A stretch of DNA of 64,000 bases from a virus: IMG/VR virus record IMGVR_UViG_3300032116_000145, positions 5,508 to 69,507 of that record, one strand, 5' to 3'. The notes beneath the pieces were generated by a model. That model saw nothing but the letters and a program-made list of their open reading frames with translations, made no database searches and had not been told where the DNA came from. Within the stretch, counting starts at the first letter, position 1; the number at the start of each line of letters is the position of its first letter. The translations under genes were made by a program, and so were the position numbers. Of the stretch, positions 8,128-18,400 are shown in pieces.

Positions 8128-9834
8128 ATGCCAATTTCAGCACAACATACCAAGTTTGTCTATCCAGATTATGTATCTGCATTACCAGCAGATGATCTGA
8201 TTAATCTTGCTGTTAAGAAACAGGAGATGTACACTGAAGGACTTGCTAAAGTACAACAGAGTGTAGACGCTTACGGACAATTAAGAAACAATATCAAGAC
8301 TGATGTAGAACGTGAGTACTTTGATAAAACCATGGATAACCTAGTAAAGACTATTAATGATAGTGCAGGACTAGACTTTTCTATGAAAGGAAACGTACAA
8401 GCAGTACTGAACATTGGTAAACCCTTAGAGAAAGATGAGTATATTACTACGGCTATTTCTAATGGTAAAGAAATTACCCGTAGACAAGAAACTTTATCTA
8501 AACTTAAGTCTGACGAGAGAAGTGCTGCTAATGATGCAGATTACTTTGAAGATGTTCAAGATTATATGAAGAGTGGTAAACTCGGATATAAACTCGGAGC
8601 AAAAGAGTACACTCCTTACATTGACATCTCTAAAGAGATCAATGATAGGATGAAGAGTGCTAAAGAGAACGGAACTGTAGATATTATTATGGATGGTAAA
8701 TACATCCGTACAGAATCTACTAAAGGTCTTTCTGAGAATGAAGTTGCTTCTAAGATTTCAGCTATGCTGGGTGCAAAAGAAAAAAATCAACTGCGTATTG
8801 ATGCTATGTACGATCTTAAGCAAAAAGGTATTCCACAAGCACATGCAGAAGTTGTAGGTTATTATTCTAATCTTAAAGCTTCTAGTGAAGCTACTCTTCT
8901 AGAAGGACAACGTCAACTACAGGAAGCACAAGCTGCCTACGCTAAAGCTCCTACAGAAAGTGCTAGACAGGCTTTAGAAGCTGCTAGAGCTCCACTAGAG
9001 CAAGCAAGAATCCAAGCAGAGGTTGCTAACAAAAGTTTACAGAAAGTATCTGACATTAATAACTTTAATCCTAATCAATATGTAGGATTGTTTACTTCTA
9101 GTTTTATTGCTAATCAAGCTAATGCTTATGCTTATAAACAGGTAGAACAGAAGATTGAAGCAGATCCCTATGGAGTACAAGCAGTAACTGCTGCAAACGC
9201 ACGTAACCTTGCTCAATTAAACAGTTCTCTTCGTAGACAAGAGAATGCTGAGAAGATAAACCTAGCTGCAACTAAATTACCTGCAGATGCTCGTGTTATC
9301 TCTGCTCAAGATAGATTTAACATTGATTTTCCAACTGCTCCTGCGTTAGATCAAATGTCAGAAAGATATCAGAGAGTAGGTATTACTGTTGGAGGAAAAA
9401 CCAATGCAAGTAATGTTGGGAAGGAAATCCAACAAGCTAAGAACCTTATGGAGAAGGCAAATATTAATACTCCAGAAGGAAGAAAGGCTTTGCAAGATGG
9501 TATTAATAGATTGAAAACATCTTATAACTTGACTGGTAAAAAGGATGAGTACTTAGATGGGATAGTTAGAAAAGCTGATGCTATCCTAAAAGCCTACAAC
9601 AACTATCAAGATAAAATTAATGCTAAAGATAGTAAGTTTAAAGAAGGCGAGTTCCCTGAAGTAGATTTTGGTTCAGGAACAATGCCAGCTGACGAGTACT
9701 TTAGACAACCATTCTTTGAGTTGATGGAAAGTCCAAGAACTTTGATTTATTCTAGATCTGGCAGAACTACAAGTATGAATGACTTCTTGTCTACTGTAGA
9801 TTTAAGTCAGACTCAAACAACTGTTGAAGATTAA
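8128..9834 (+). CDS. Virion cargo/ejection protein 2-like
   Basis: 568 aa, helical/coiled-coil, no Cys; lies between cargo 1 and the giant proteins. Confidence 0.55.
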   Translation: MPISAQHTKFVYPDYVSALPADDLINLAVKKQEMYTEGLAKVQQSVDAYGQLRNNIKTDVEREYFDKTMDNLVKTINDSAGLDFSMKGNVQAVLNIGKPLEKDEYITTAISNGKEITRRQETLSKLKSDERSAANDADYFEDVQDYMKSGKLGYKLGAKEYTPYIDISKEINDRMKSAKENGTVDIIMDGKYIRTESTKGLSENEVASKISAMLGAKEKNQLRIDAMYDLKQKGIPQAHAEVVGYYSNLKASSEATLLEGQRQLQEAQAAYAKAPTESARQALEAARAPLEQARIQAEVANKSLQKVSDINNFNPNQYVGLFTSSFIANQANAYAYKQVEQKIEADPYGVQAVTAANARNLAQLNSSLRRQENAEKINLAATKLPADARVISAQDRFNIDFPTAPALDQMSERYQRVGITVGGKTNASNVGKEIQQAKNLMEKANINTPEGRKALQDGINRLKTSYNLTGKKDEYLDGIVRKADAILKAYNNYQDKINAKDSKFKEGEFPEVDFGSGTMPADEYFRQPFFELMESPRTLIYSRSGRTTSMNDFLSTVDLSQTQTTVED

Positions 9835-9848
9835 AAACCAGACTAAGG

Positions 9849-12800
9849 ATGCCTAAAGAACCTTTATACAATTTACCTCCTAAGAGTGGTATCCTAACTT
9901 CTCGTACAGTAGAGTTAGGAAATACTGCAGCATCAAGGTCATTAGCTTATAATGAAATTAGTGCTCAGAATACTAGTGCAATACTAGCACAGGAAGCACA
10001 GCAGAAAGAAGTTGCTAGATTAAAGGCAGCTAACGATGCAAAGATTGATGGAGCATTAGAAGTAGCTGCTAAGATAAACTTAGAGAATGCAGGTGCTCTT
10101 AGGCCTGGAACTTTTTTTCCTCCTCCATCTACTAAAGGTACTATGGGTCCTCAGTTAACTGCTGAGTATCAGATGGTCAATCAAGAAAAGAATAGATCTA
10201 AGCAAATTCTTACTCAGAGTTTTGCTGAGAAAGATCCTATTTCTGAAGACCTAGATAAAAAGATAAACAAACTAGAAAGTGATCTTAACAAAGCAAAGGA
10301 TACAGTTAGAATACAAACCTTTGGTGGATCTTCAGCTGCTCCTTTGGGAGTTAGTCTTAGTGGTATCTCTGATATAAAAGTAGGAGATACAGCTGAACAA
10401 AAAGTATTAAGAAATCAATTAAACGAACTTGTAAAGAGTCAAGCAACTATTAATCAGTTTAAGACCGATATCCAATTAGCAAAAGCTACTGAGGATTATT
10501 TAATTAATCTTAAAGGAAAGGGGCAGAAGCTAGACAACACTACTATAAAAGGACTCATAGATATATCTAAGGATATAACTGCTAAGCAAAGATCAGCTAC
10601 TAGGGGAGACGAGTTGTATGACCCTAATGCCTACGAGACTTACACCAAACAATTAAAAGGTAACAACGACTTCTTTGATTGGAGACATACAGAGTTTAGT
10701 ATCGGTAATGCAATCAATGCAGTAAGCAAGAAACTACAAGAAGATCCTACTAAAAGAGACGAACTTCTTCCTGTACTGAGAGAACTACAAAGTTCTTACA
10801 AGCAACATGAAAATGTTAACAAAGATGCTTACGACCACTATTATGGAACTTCTAAAAGATACTACAAAGAAGGTAAACCTTCTTCTACTTATCTGAAGAC
10901 TCAAGTAGGTATGGCAGCTACAGAAGGATTCTATAATTTTATTTCTCCTTTTGTTTCTGCTTCACAGGATTTATTGGGATTTCAGAAAGCTGCATTTGAA
11001 ACTAGACAAGCTAAAGATAAATATTTCTCAGGTGACTTATTGCAAGCAGACTTAGACGGAGATAACCGTATTACAGAAAGAGATACAGACATACACGGTC
11101 AACATCAGTATATAGGACAGAACGTTACCTATACTAAAAAAGATGGTAGTATGGGCTTTATAGGATCTTCTGTACTAGGGGCTTCTGTTAGAACACTAGC
11201 TGAAATGGTTCCTACTTTAATAGCTACTAGAGGATTGATGGCAGCAGGTGCAGGCGCAAGACTTGCTACTTTTGCTCCTGTATCTATTTCTTCTGGAGTA
11301 AGATCTTTTGAAGAAAATAAAAAATGGTACAAAGATAAAAAAGACGTAGCTATTGTAAGTGCTGTACAAGGTATTATTGAAGGTGCTACAGAATCTATTG
11401 TTCCTGATATTAGTTATTTTCTAGGAAACAAATCACTAGGTACTAAAGCATTAGGTGCTACTGAAAAAAAATACTTTGTTGCTCAGACTTTAAGTCCAGA
11501 GTTTAACAGTCTTTCTGCTAGTGCTAAGAACTTCTTATTAGGTTCTTACTACACAGGTAGATCTTTGGCTAAGCAAACTTTACAGGAGGGAGCTGAGGAA
11601 GAAGTATCTATGTTTGCTAATTATCTGTTTGATAAAGTTTATAAAACTAAAGACGAACAGTTTGGTGAAAAGCCAGAAGAGTTGAATGACTCAAGTGTTC
11701 TGGGCATGGGTAAGTCTATGGTTAAGACATTTGTAGAATCTGCAGCTGCTGGTTTGCTTATGTCTGGAGCTTCTATTGGGTCTTCACGTGCAGAGGATAG
11801 GAACTATATGCGATTTAATGTTGCAAACAATCCTGAACTCTTTAAACAAGAATTAACTAAGCAGTTACAAAACAACGAGATTACTCGTGATCAGTATAAC
11901 AGAGGTATCCTAGAGACTGGTCGCTTAACTCAGTTGAAGGAACAAGCTAACCGTACTATGATGAATCTAGTAGACGGTAACACCCTACTAGAAGACAAAG
12001 ATCAGCAATACGATTACTTTTCTAGACTATTGACTAGAGACGATCTATTGCAGAAAGTAGATTATAACTCTTTGTCTGAAGAAGACAAGGTTGCTTATGC
12101 TAAACAAGTAGAGACTGTAGAGAAAGAAATTGACTCTTACGAAAACTTGGCTAAGCAATATGCTGAGATGCCTCCAGAAAAAAAAGAGGGAGTATTGGCT
12201 AAAATGGTACAGAGACAGTTAGACAATGTAAAGTCTACAAACAGTCCTAGTGTACTAGCACAAAATTTAGAAGCTATTGACGATACTATACAAGTAGGAG
12301 AGAGAACAGGTAAAGGTTCTCCTATTATGGTTTCAGGCAGACAACAAGTAAGAGAAGCTGTAATTGCTCGTATGGAACAATTACAAACCGTTGAGGAGAA
12401 TGGTAATACTGCATTTGAGAACCAACTACTAGATACTCCAGTGGAGTCTATGGGTGAGTCTATGCAGGTTAGCAATACTGTGCGTTTAGAGAAACTTTTG
12501 TTGGAGAATGATAGGATGGTTAGTCCTGCAGTAAAACAAGAGCTTAGAAGTCGTATAGCGAGTGCTTCTCGTGTTGCACAAGAAAGGCTTAACGAACTCC
12601 CTAAGAAAGAACAAAGAAAAGTAATTGCAAGAGAGTTAGCACGTGTAGAACTATTACATCCAGGTACTGCGTTCAGTGACGAAAGACTCAAGACATTGTT
12701 TGGTATGGAGTTTACTCCAGAGGAGAAAGCTGAAGTAATTAGAGAAACTGCAGTAACTTTATCTAGAGAAAAAGAAAAAATCAAAGACGAAGAAGTACTA

Positions 12801-15374
12801 CAGCCTGCAGAGAAGGATATTGTAATGGATGCTTTGATTAAGTCGTTTGAGTCTCAACCACTAGAAGTACAGGTAGAGAACCAGGAAGGTAATCTAGAAA
12901 GAGTAAGAAATGAAGAAAGAGTAAATAGAGAGAAGAGGGCAATCTTTGCTATTCCTAGATCTAAATCTAAAGACCAAGCTAAGGGTAGAATTAAATCTAT
13001 TTTTAAGGCGATGGGTTATAGTTCTGAAGATATTAACAAGGCCCTAGAAGATATTAATAAAGTCTTTGATAATGAGGAAGTTACAGAACCTGGAGATATC
13101 TATAGTTCCTACCTAAGATTCCTAGACCCTAACTTGCTTAAAGGTTTACCCGATAAAGCAGTTACCGAGGAAGTTATAGTAGAAGACGCTGTTGTAGCCC
13201 CAGAGACTCCTGAAACACCTACTGAAACACCTACAGAAGTAGTTGCTGAAGTAATTCCTAGTACTACCGAAGAAGATGAGTTGTTTGGGACTAACGAGGA
13301 AATAGATGCTGCAAGAGAGAAGAAATTAGGAATACCTGAAGTTGACCCTGCAGATCAAGTAGTAGTTGAGACTCCTATTGTTGTAGAGGATGAGTTTGAT
13401 GGCTTAGAGGTTGTTCCTGTAAGTACTATTACTTCTCTTGAGTTAGTACACACTACTCCTACGGTATTTACTAGTAGTAATTCTGGAGTACAAGGTTCTA
13501 TCATGAGGACTATAAGCAACTCTGTAGAGTCTTATAGTATTAAGTTGATGGATATGTTTTCTTTTATTAGAGAGACTTTAGGCGAGTCAGCTATGTCTAG
13601 CCTAGAGAACATCTATAATAATGTAACAGAGGCGCTTAAAATACAGGATAAAGAGGCTATCGCTAAACTCAAAGAAGAGTACTTGTCTGTATTTAGTGGA
13701 AGTACGTTTGCTCCCGAACAATTAGAATACATTTGGAACGAACAATACATCAAAGGAAAGCCTGATGCTTCTGTTCCTTTTCAAGAAGCGGCTTACGTTA
13801 CTAATCCTCAGTTTGCACTAGCATATAAAGACGAGGAAGTAACTGTTGCTGCAGTAAATAAGAGTACAGGAGAGTTGTTCGTTTACAAAGCAAAAGTAAC
13901 AGGTAACGTAAATGACTCTAACCAGATTGAAGTTAAGACTGCTAAGGGTGCTTTAGTTTACGTTAAGAAGAGCAGCATTCAAGCTGGTAAGGTTATACCT
14001 ATTAACGTAAGAGTTAACTTTAATCAGACTAACTCTGTAATGATGACAGCAGTAGATAGAACTAGCGGAGAGATTGCTAAGTTTAACTCTAACGGAGAAA
14101 GAGATTCTCAAGGAGACACTCAGTTGAATGTATTTGCTCCTAAAGAAAATGCTACAATAAAAGAAGTAAAAAAGAATCTTGCTTCAGGTCAACCTATCTC
14201 ACATACTCTTCCTATTCATACAGGTGCTAGAATCAATACTGCTGCTGCTTATAGAAAAGGAAAGAACTCTGTTTATCTAACTGCATCAGTTGCAGGAATT
14301 GATACTAGTATCCAAATATCAAAACCTGAAATAGAAACTCCAAGTCAGCCTGCAGTTTCTGATACTGACATAAGTTTAATATCTACTCCTGTTTCTACAA
14401 TAGTCGGAGAACTTGCTAAACTAAAAACATTAAATGAAAAGTTAAATTGGCTAAGAGAAAATAACTTATTGGCTCCTATTAACATTAATGGCAAAGAGTA
14501 CAATGTAGTTGACTACTCTGATAGAGTGATGGTCTTAATGAAAATTGGTAAGTTTAACATACCATTCTACATAAGCACAGGACTGGCAGGAAAGAAAACT
14601 GTAAAAGCGGGTAAGTGGTATGTTGTGTTTGGTATTGGATTGGAGAGAGGTTGGATAAATAAAGGAAGTGAAGAAGAGATAAATAACAACTACGGAATTC
14701 CAATATTTGAAAAAATTGTTAAAATACTAAACGAAGGACTAGGAACTATTCAAAGTAGAGAAGATAATGGTGATGGTAAGTTAAAAGATGGTATAGGATT
14801 CTTGGGTGATTCTAAAGAAGAACTAGGAGCTTTTAACGCTAACATGCATTTGCCAACAAATCCTGCAGGTACAAACACTGATGGTAAACAATATTACACT
14901 CACGTAAACAGTACAATTGATTTGATAAAAAGTGAAGTAAGTGAGTTACTTTGGGATATACAGTTAGGAACAAATTTTACTACTATCCCTACTCCTCCTC
15001 AACCTAGAGACGCTAAAGCTGATATAGAAAGAAGAAGAGAAGAAGAGTTGAGGCAAGAAGAGAATGTAGAACTTCTATACCCCTTAATACTTGAAGAAAA
15101 TCCAACAAGAGAAGAGAAAGAACTTATTGCCAAAAACAAACAAGATAAAAAAGATAGGCAAGAAAGAAGGGATAAGATTAACTTTAGATACGATCTAGAA
15201 CTAGCTACTTTAGAACGAGCAATAGAACCAGAGGTAACTACTAATCTAAATGCAGATGAACAAGCGATTCTTTCCTTCGATGTTAGTGCACTAGAGAACC
15301 TTGAGAGTGCTGCTGAGTCCTTAGATCAGAATACAGGACAGGAGATTGATAATGCAGGAAGCTGCAAACTTTAA
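9849..15374 (+). CDS. Giant virion-packaged (ejection) protein, 1841 aa
   Basis: Hydrophobic Gly/Ala segments with EG.EE motif (QEGAEEEV), coiled coils; first of the large RNAP-associated genes. Confidence 0.65.
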   Translation: MPKEPLYNLPPKSGILTSRTVELGNTAASRSLAYNEISAQNTSAILAQEAQQKEVARLKAANDAKIDGALEVAAKINLENAGALRPGTFFPPPSTKGTMGPQLTAEYQMVNQEKNRSKQILTQSFAEKDPISEDLDKKINKLESDLNKAKDTVRIQTFGGSSAAPLGVSLSGISDIKVGDTAEQKVLRNQLNELVKSQATINQFKTDIQLAKATEDYLINLKGKGQKLDNTTIKGLIDISKDITAKQRSATRGDELYDPNAYETYTKQLKGNNDFFDWRHTEFSIGNAINAVSKKLQEDPTKRDELLPVLRELQSSYKQHENVNKDAYDHYYGTSKRYYKEGKPSSTYLKTQVGMAATEGFYNFISPFVSASQDLLGFQKAAFETRQAKDKYFSGDLLQADLDGDNRITERDTDIHGQHQYIGQNVTYTKKDGSMGFIGSSVLGASVRTLAEMVPTLIATRGLMAAGAGARLATFAPVSISSGVRSFEENKKWYKDKKDVAIVSAVQGIIEGATESIVPDISYFLGNKSLGTKALGATEKKYFVAQTLSPEFNSLSASAKNFLLGSYYTGRSLAKQTLQEGAEEEVSMFANYLFDKVYKTKDEQFGEKPEELNDSSVLGMGKSMVKTFVESAAAGLLMSGASIGSSRAEDRNYMRFNVANNPELFKQELTKQLQNNEITRDQYNRGILETGRLTQLKEQANRTMMNLVDGNTLLEDKDQQYDYFSRLLTRDDLLQKVDYNSLSEEDKVAYAKQVETVEKEIDSYENLAKQYAEMPPEKKEGVLAKMVQRQLDNVKSTNSPSVLAQNLEAIDDTIQVGERTGKGSPIMVSGRQQVREAVIARMEQLQTVEENGNTAFENQLLDTPVESMGESMQVSNTVRLEKLLLENDRMVSPAVKQELRSRIASASRVAQERLNELPKKEQRKVIARELARVELLHPGTAFSDERLKTLFGMEFTPEEKAEVIRETAVTLSREKEKIKDEEVLQPAEKDIVMDALIKSFESQPLEVQVENQEGNLERVRNEERVNREKRAIFAIPRSKSKDQAKGRIKSIFKAMGYSSEDINKALEDINKVFDNEEVTEPGDIYSSYLRFLDPNLLKGLPDKAVTEEVIVEDAVVAPETPETPTETPTEVVAEVIPSTTEEDELFGTNEEIDAAREKKLGIPEVDPADQVVVETPIVVEDEFDGLEVVPVSTITSLELVHTTPTVFTSSNSGVQGSIMRTISNSVESYSIKLMDMFSFIRETLGESAMSSLENIYNNVTEALKIQDKEAIAKLKEEYLSVFSGSTFAPEQLEYIWNEQYIKGKPDASVPFQEAAYVTNPQFALAYKDEEVTVAAVNKSTGELFVYKAKVTGNVNDSNQIEVKTAKGALVYVKKSSIQAGKVIPINVRVNFNQTNSVMMTAVDRTSGEIAKFNSNGERDSQGDTQLNVFAPKENATIKEVKKNLASGQPISHTLPIHTGARINTAAAYRKGKNSVYLTASVAGIDTSIQISKPEIETPSQPAVSDTDISLISTPVSTIVGELAKLKTLNEKLNWLRENNLLAPININGKEYNVVDYSDRVMVLMKIGKFNIPFYISTGLAGKKTVKAGKWYVVFGIGLERGWINKGSEEEINNNYGIPIFEKIVKILNEGLGTIQSREDNGDGKLKDGIGFLGDSKEELGAFNANMHLPTNPAGTNTDGKQYYTHVNSTIDLIKSEVSELLWDIQLGTNFTTIPTPPQPRDAKADIERRREEELRQEENVELLYPLILEENPTREEKELIAKNKQDKKDRQERRDKINFRYDLELATLERAIEPEVTTNLNADEQAILSFDVSALENLESAAESLDQNTGQEIDNAGSCKL

Positions 15375-15404
15375 TTAAAAAAGAGTAAAAGTACTAAACT
15401 AAAG

Positions 15405-15414
15405 TATATTTGTA
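15405..15414 (+). promoter_or_regulatory. -7 promoter element directly before the RNAP start codon
   Basis: TATATTTG followed 5 nt later by the ATG at 15418. Confidence 0.6.
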
Positions 15415-15417
15415 AAG

Positions 15418-18400
15418 ATGGCAAAAATAATCTGCCCTACTAGGGAAAATAAAGACTTTTCAAACTTAAGCAATGCTCTTGGTAGTGATGCCTTAGCTAG
15501 ATACGTATGGTATAAGAATGGCAACCTTCCTTTAAACTTAACTGAAGATGTTGAAGGTAATATTGTTTCTAGTGATATCTACGACAGAATCTTAAACGAA
15601 GTTGCAGATGGTAATGAAAGTCTTGCTTTAGGGATTACTGCTATCATGTACTACCCTAGCTTTCAAGAGAAGTACGCAGAAGAAGACCCTGCGTTTACTG
15701 TAGACTACATTAAGCAAGAAGCACAAGATAAAGCAGACAAAGCAACTAAGAGACAGGCACAACTTCTTGAAGAAAAAATTATTCCAGGTACTAAGACTCT
15801 TTACATTCAGTCTCCTGAAGGTGATGTTATCTACACCCAAGAAGAAGGAAAAGAAATTTTCGACAGTTTAGAATATCTTGCTTCTACTAAAAAGAGTTGG
15901 AAAGCAGTAGTTAATGCTTTAGCAGAAAGACTTACTGATATTCAAGCTAAGATTAAGAACAGTGCTGTAGATCCTGAGTCTAATGTTACTCCACAAGAAC
16001 TTGCTATTGGTAAGAATCTAGTTAATCTTCTTAAGAATTGGTCTCAAGTAAAAGCCTGGTATCTTAGTCAGGATACAAATTTTGGCTTAGAGTTACTTGA
16101 AGACGAAGTAAATCCAGAGACAGGAGGAAACATTTATAACAAGAATGCACATGACCGTAGTCAGATGGACTTAGCATCTGCTGAGGTTATTAAATTAGTT
16201 CAGTCTCTTCCTAAGTACAATAAACTTACTACACAGAATCGTAAGGACGTAAAGGCAGGAAAGAAAAGCATTACTGATTTTCAAGTTATAAGTAACCTTA
16301 CGGGTTTCCCTATTGTAGGAAACTTCTCTACTAACTGGAATGTACTTACCTCTAGTTTGTCTGGAATTACTAAGTATGACAAGATTCTTGAAGAGTTGGC
16401 AGTTGTTGCTCAAGAGTATCCTCAGTTTAGGAACTTGGTTAATATGCTTCCCAAAGAAGATGTACAAGATGTTGACTTAAACACAGCAAACTTTGTAGCT
16501 TCATTTGTACAAACAGTATCTCTCCCTGAGATTGCTGCTTACCAATTATCTATTGGAAAGAAGAATGACGGTAAAGAGACTAAGATTGTTACCAAGACTT
16601 TTCAATTAGGCACTAGAACAGTTGACAATCTTATCAAGTATTTTGATGAAGATTACTTTAGGTCTAATCCTAAGTACGGAATGCTTAACGATGAAGGAAA
16701 GACTGTACTTAATATCCCTAAAATACTAGAAGACTTTGCTAATATCAAAGACATTGGAAGATTCTTTGTAGAGAGGGGTGATATAAACTCTGCTGAAGGA
16801 AGACAGTTACTACAGAATATTCATAAGTTTTATATTGCACTTGGTATTATTCCTACTAATGCTCTTTATCAAAAAGATAAGAAAGCTCTTTATGACTTTC
16901 TAAACAGTACCACTTATAGTGTAAGAGAGCTTTATGATAAGTTAGAAGCAAGTAAAGATAACAAAACAGTTACTCAGCCTCTTCAGTTCTTGTCTCGTCC
17001 CCAAGGGAGCGGGAAAGCATTAGGCCCTAAGTTTGACATCATCAACTCTATCGTGGGATACTACGGTAAGTTTGAGAGAGAGTTTGCTTCTGGTTCTTAT
17101 TTCAACCCCGAAGACAAACTACAATACAATCGTGTACAATACTTCTACCTAACCCAAGTAACTAATGCACTTAACAACGTAGCAAGTTACAACGAATTGA
17201 TTGCTATGCCAGAGTTTGCTCATCTAGATGTAAGATTGAATCCTAACATATTAGGTTCTGTGTGGCTAGAGAGAATGTTTGGTTTAAGCATTAAGGGTAA
17301 GACACCTGCTCAATTGAAAAAAGATTTAGATGCAGGAAAACAATTTCCTAGACTTAAAACTAAATTTAGTAAAGAACCGTTTAAGATAAACATTGTAAAT
17401 TATTCAGGAGTAAGTATTGATGCTAATGTTAAAGAAGGTATAACTACTACAGAACTTACTTCAGAAGATAAAGTTGTACAAGACTTTTTATCTTTCTTTG
17501 GTTCTGGTATAGTTGAAAATATTCGTTTTGGTGACAAAGGAACTTCGTATGCTACAGTTACCTCAGGTAAAGTAGAAGAAAGAATTTACATTCCTCTTAA
17601 CTCTGACGTACTTGGTATGATGGAGAAACCTACTTCTGTTATTGAACAATCTTTGGTAGATCAGTTTAATGCTTACCTTACTTCAGAAGTCTTTCGTGTA
17701 CTTGCCGTAAACAAAGAAACTAAGAAAAATACTTACACTAAGAACGGTAGACAGTTATTCTTATTTAAAGATATTATTCCTAAAGAGGACTACGATGCTT
17801 TAACTAGTGAGGATAGTAATGTAGTAAAAGAAGCTTACGCAAGAGTGTCTAGTAATCTTCCAACTTACTTAGGTCAATACTTTACTAAGCAGACCCAAGA
17901 GTATAAGAAGCGTTTAATGGATTCTGTACTTGGAGACAACACTGCTATCAAGACGACCATTACCGAAGAACAAAGAGAAGAACAATTGGTAAACTCTTTG
18001 TCTGCTTTGGGGTTTGTAGATCCTGCTTTATTTAAAAAGAACCAACTTACTAAGCAAAACTTAGACTACGTTATTGCAAACTACCTTAAGAACGACTTTA
18101 TCCATAAGGCAGAGTTCATGAAGGTGTTTGTAGGAGATATTTCTAACTTCCAAGTTAAAGGTGACTTCCGTGAGGTATTCAAACGTATTCCCCTTACTTC
18201 TTCTCCTGGCTTTATCTTTCAGGATAATCCAGTAGTGATGTCTCACCTAAACAATAGTAGTGCAACTAACGGATTACATAAAGCGCTTACAGGAGCTGCT
18301 CAGAAGTTTCGTAAGACTGTAAGAACTGTTATCTTTAATGATGTTAATACATTCAGTAAAGAAGATTGGCCTACCTATAGAAATGCTTTAGGTCTTCCTG

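Noticed and set aside
12137-12784. Long antisense ORFs (also 24788-25135, 30954-31376, 47398-47784 and others in the track)
   Set aside because: They shadow well-supported genes, have the S/L/F-rich composition typical of reverse frames, and lack leaders or promoters.
9849-15374. Tape-measure protein
   Set aside because: Context (muzzle gene, virion RNAP, no tube or sheath genes in the window) indicates podovirus-type ejection proteins.
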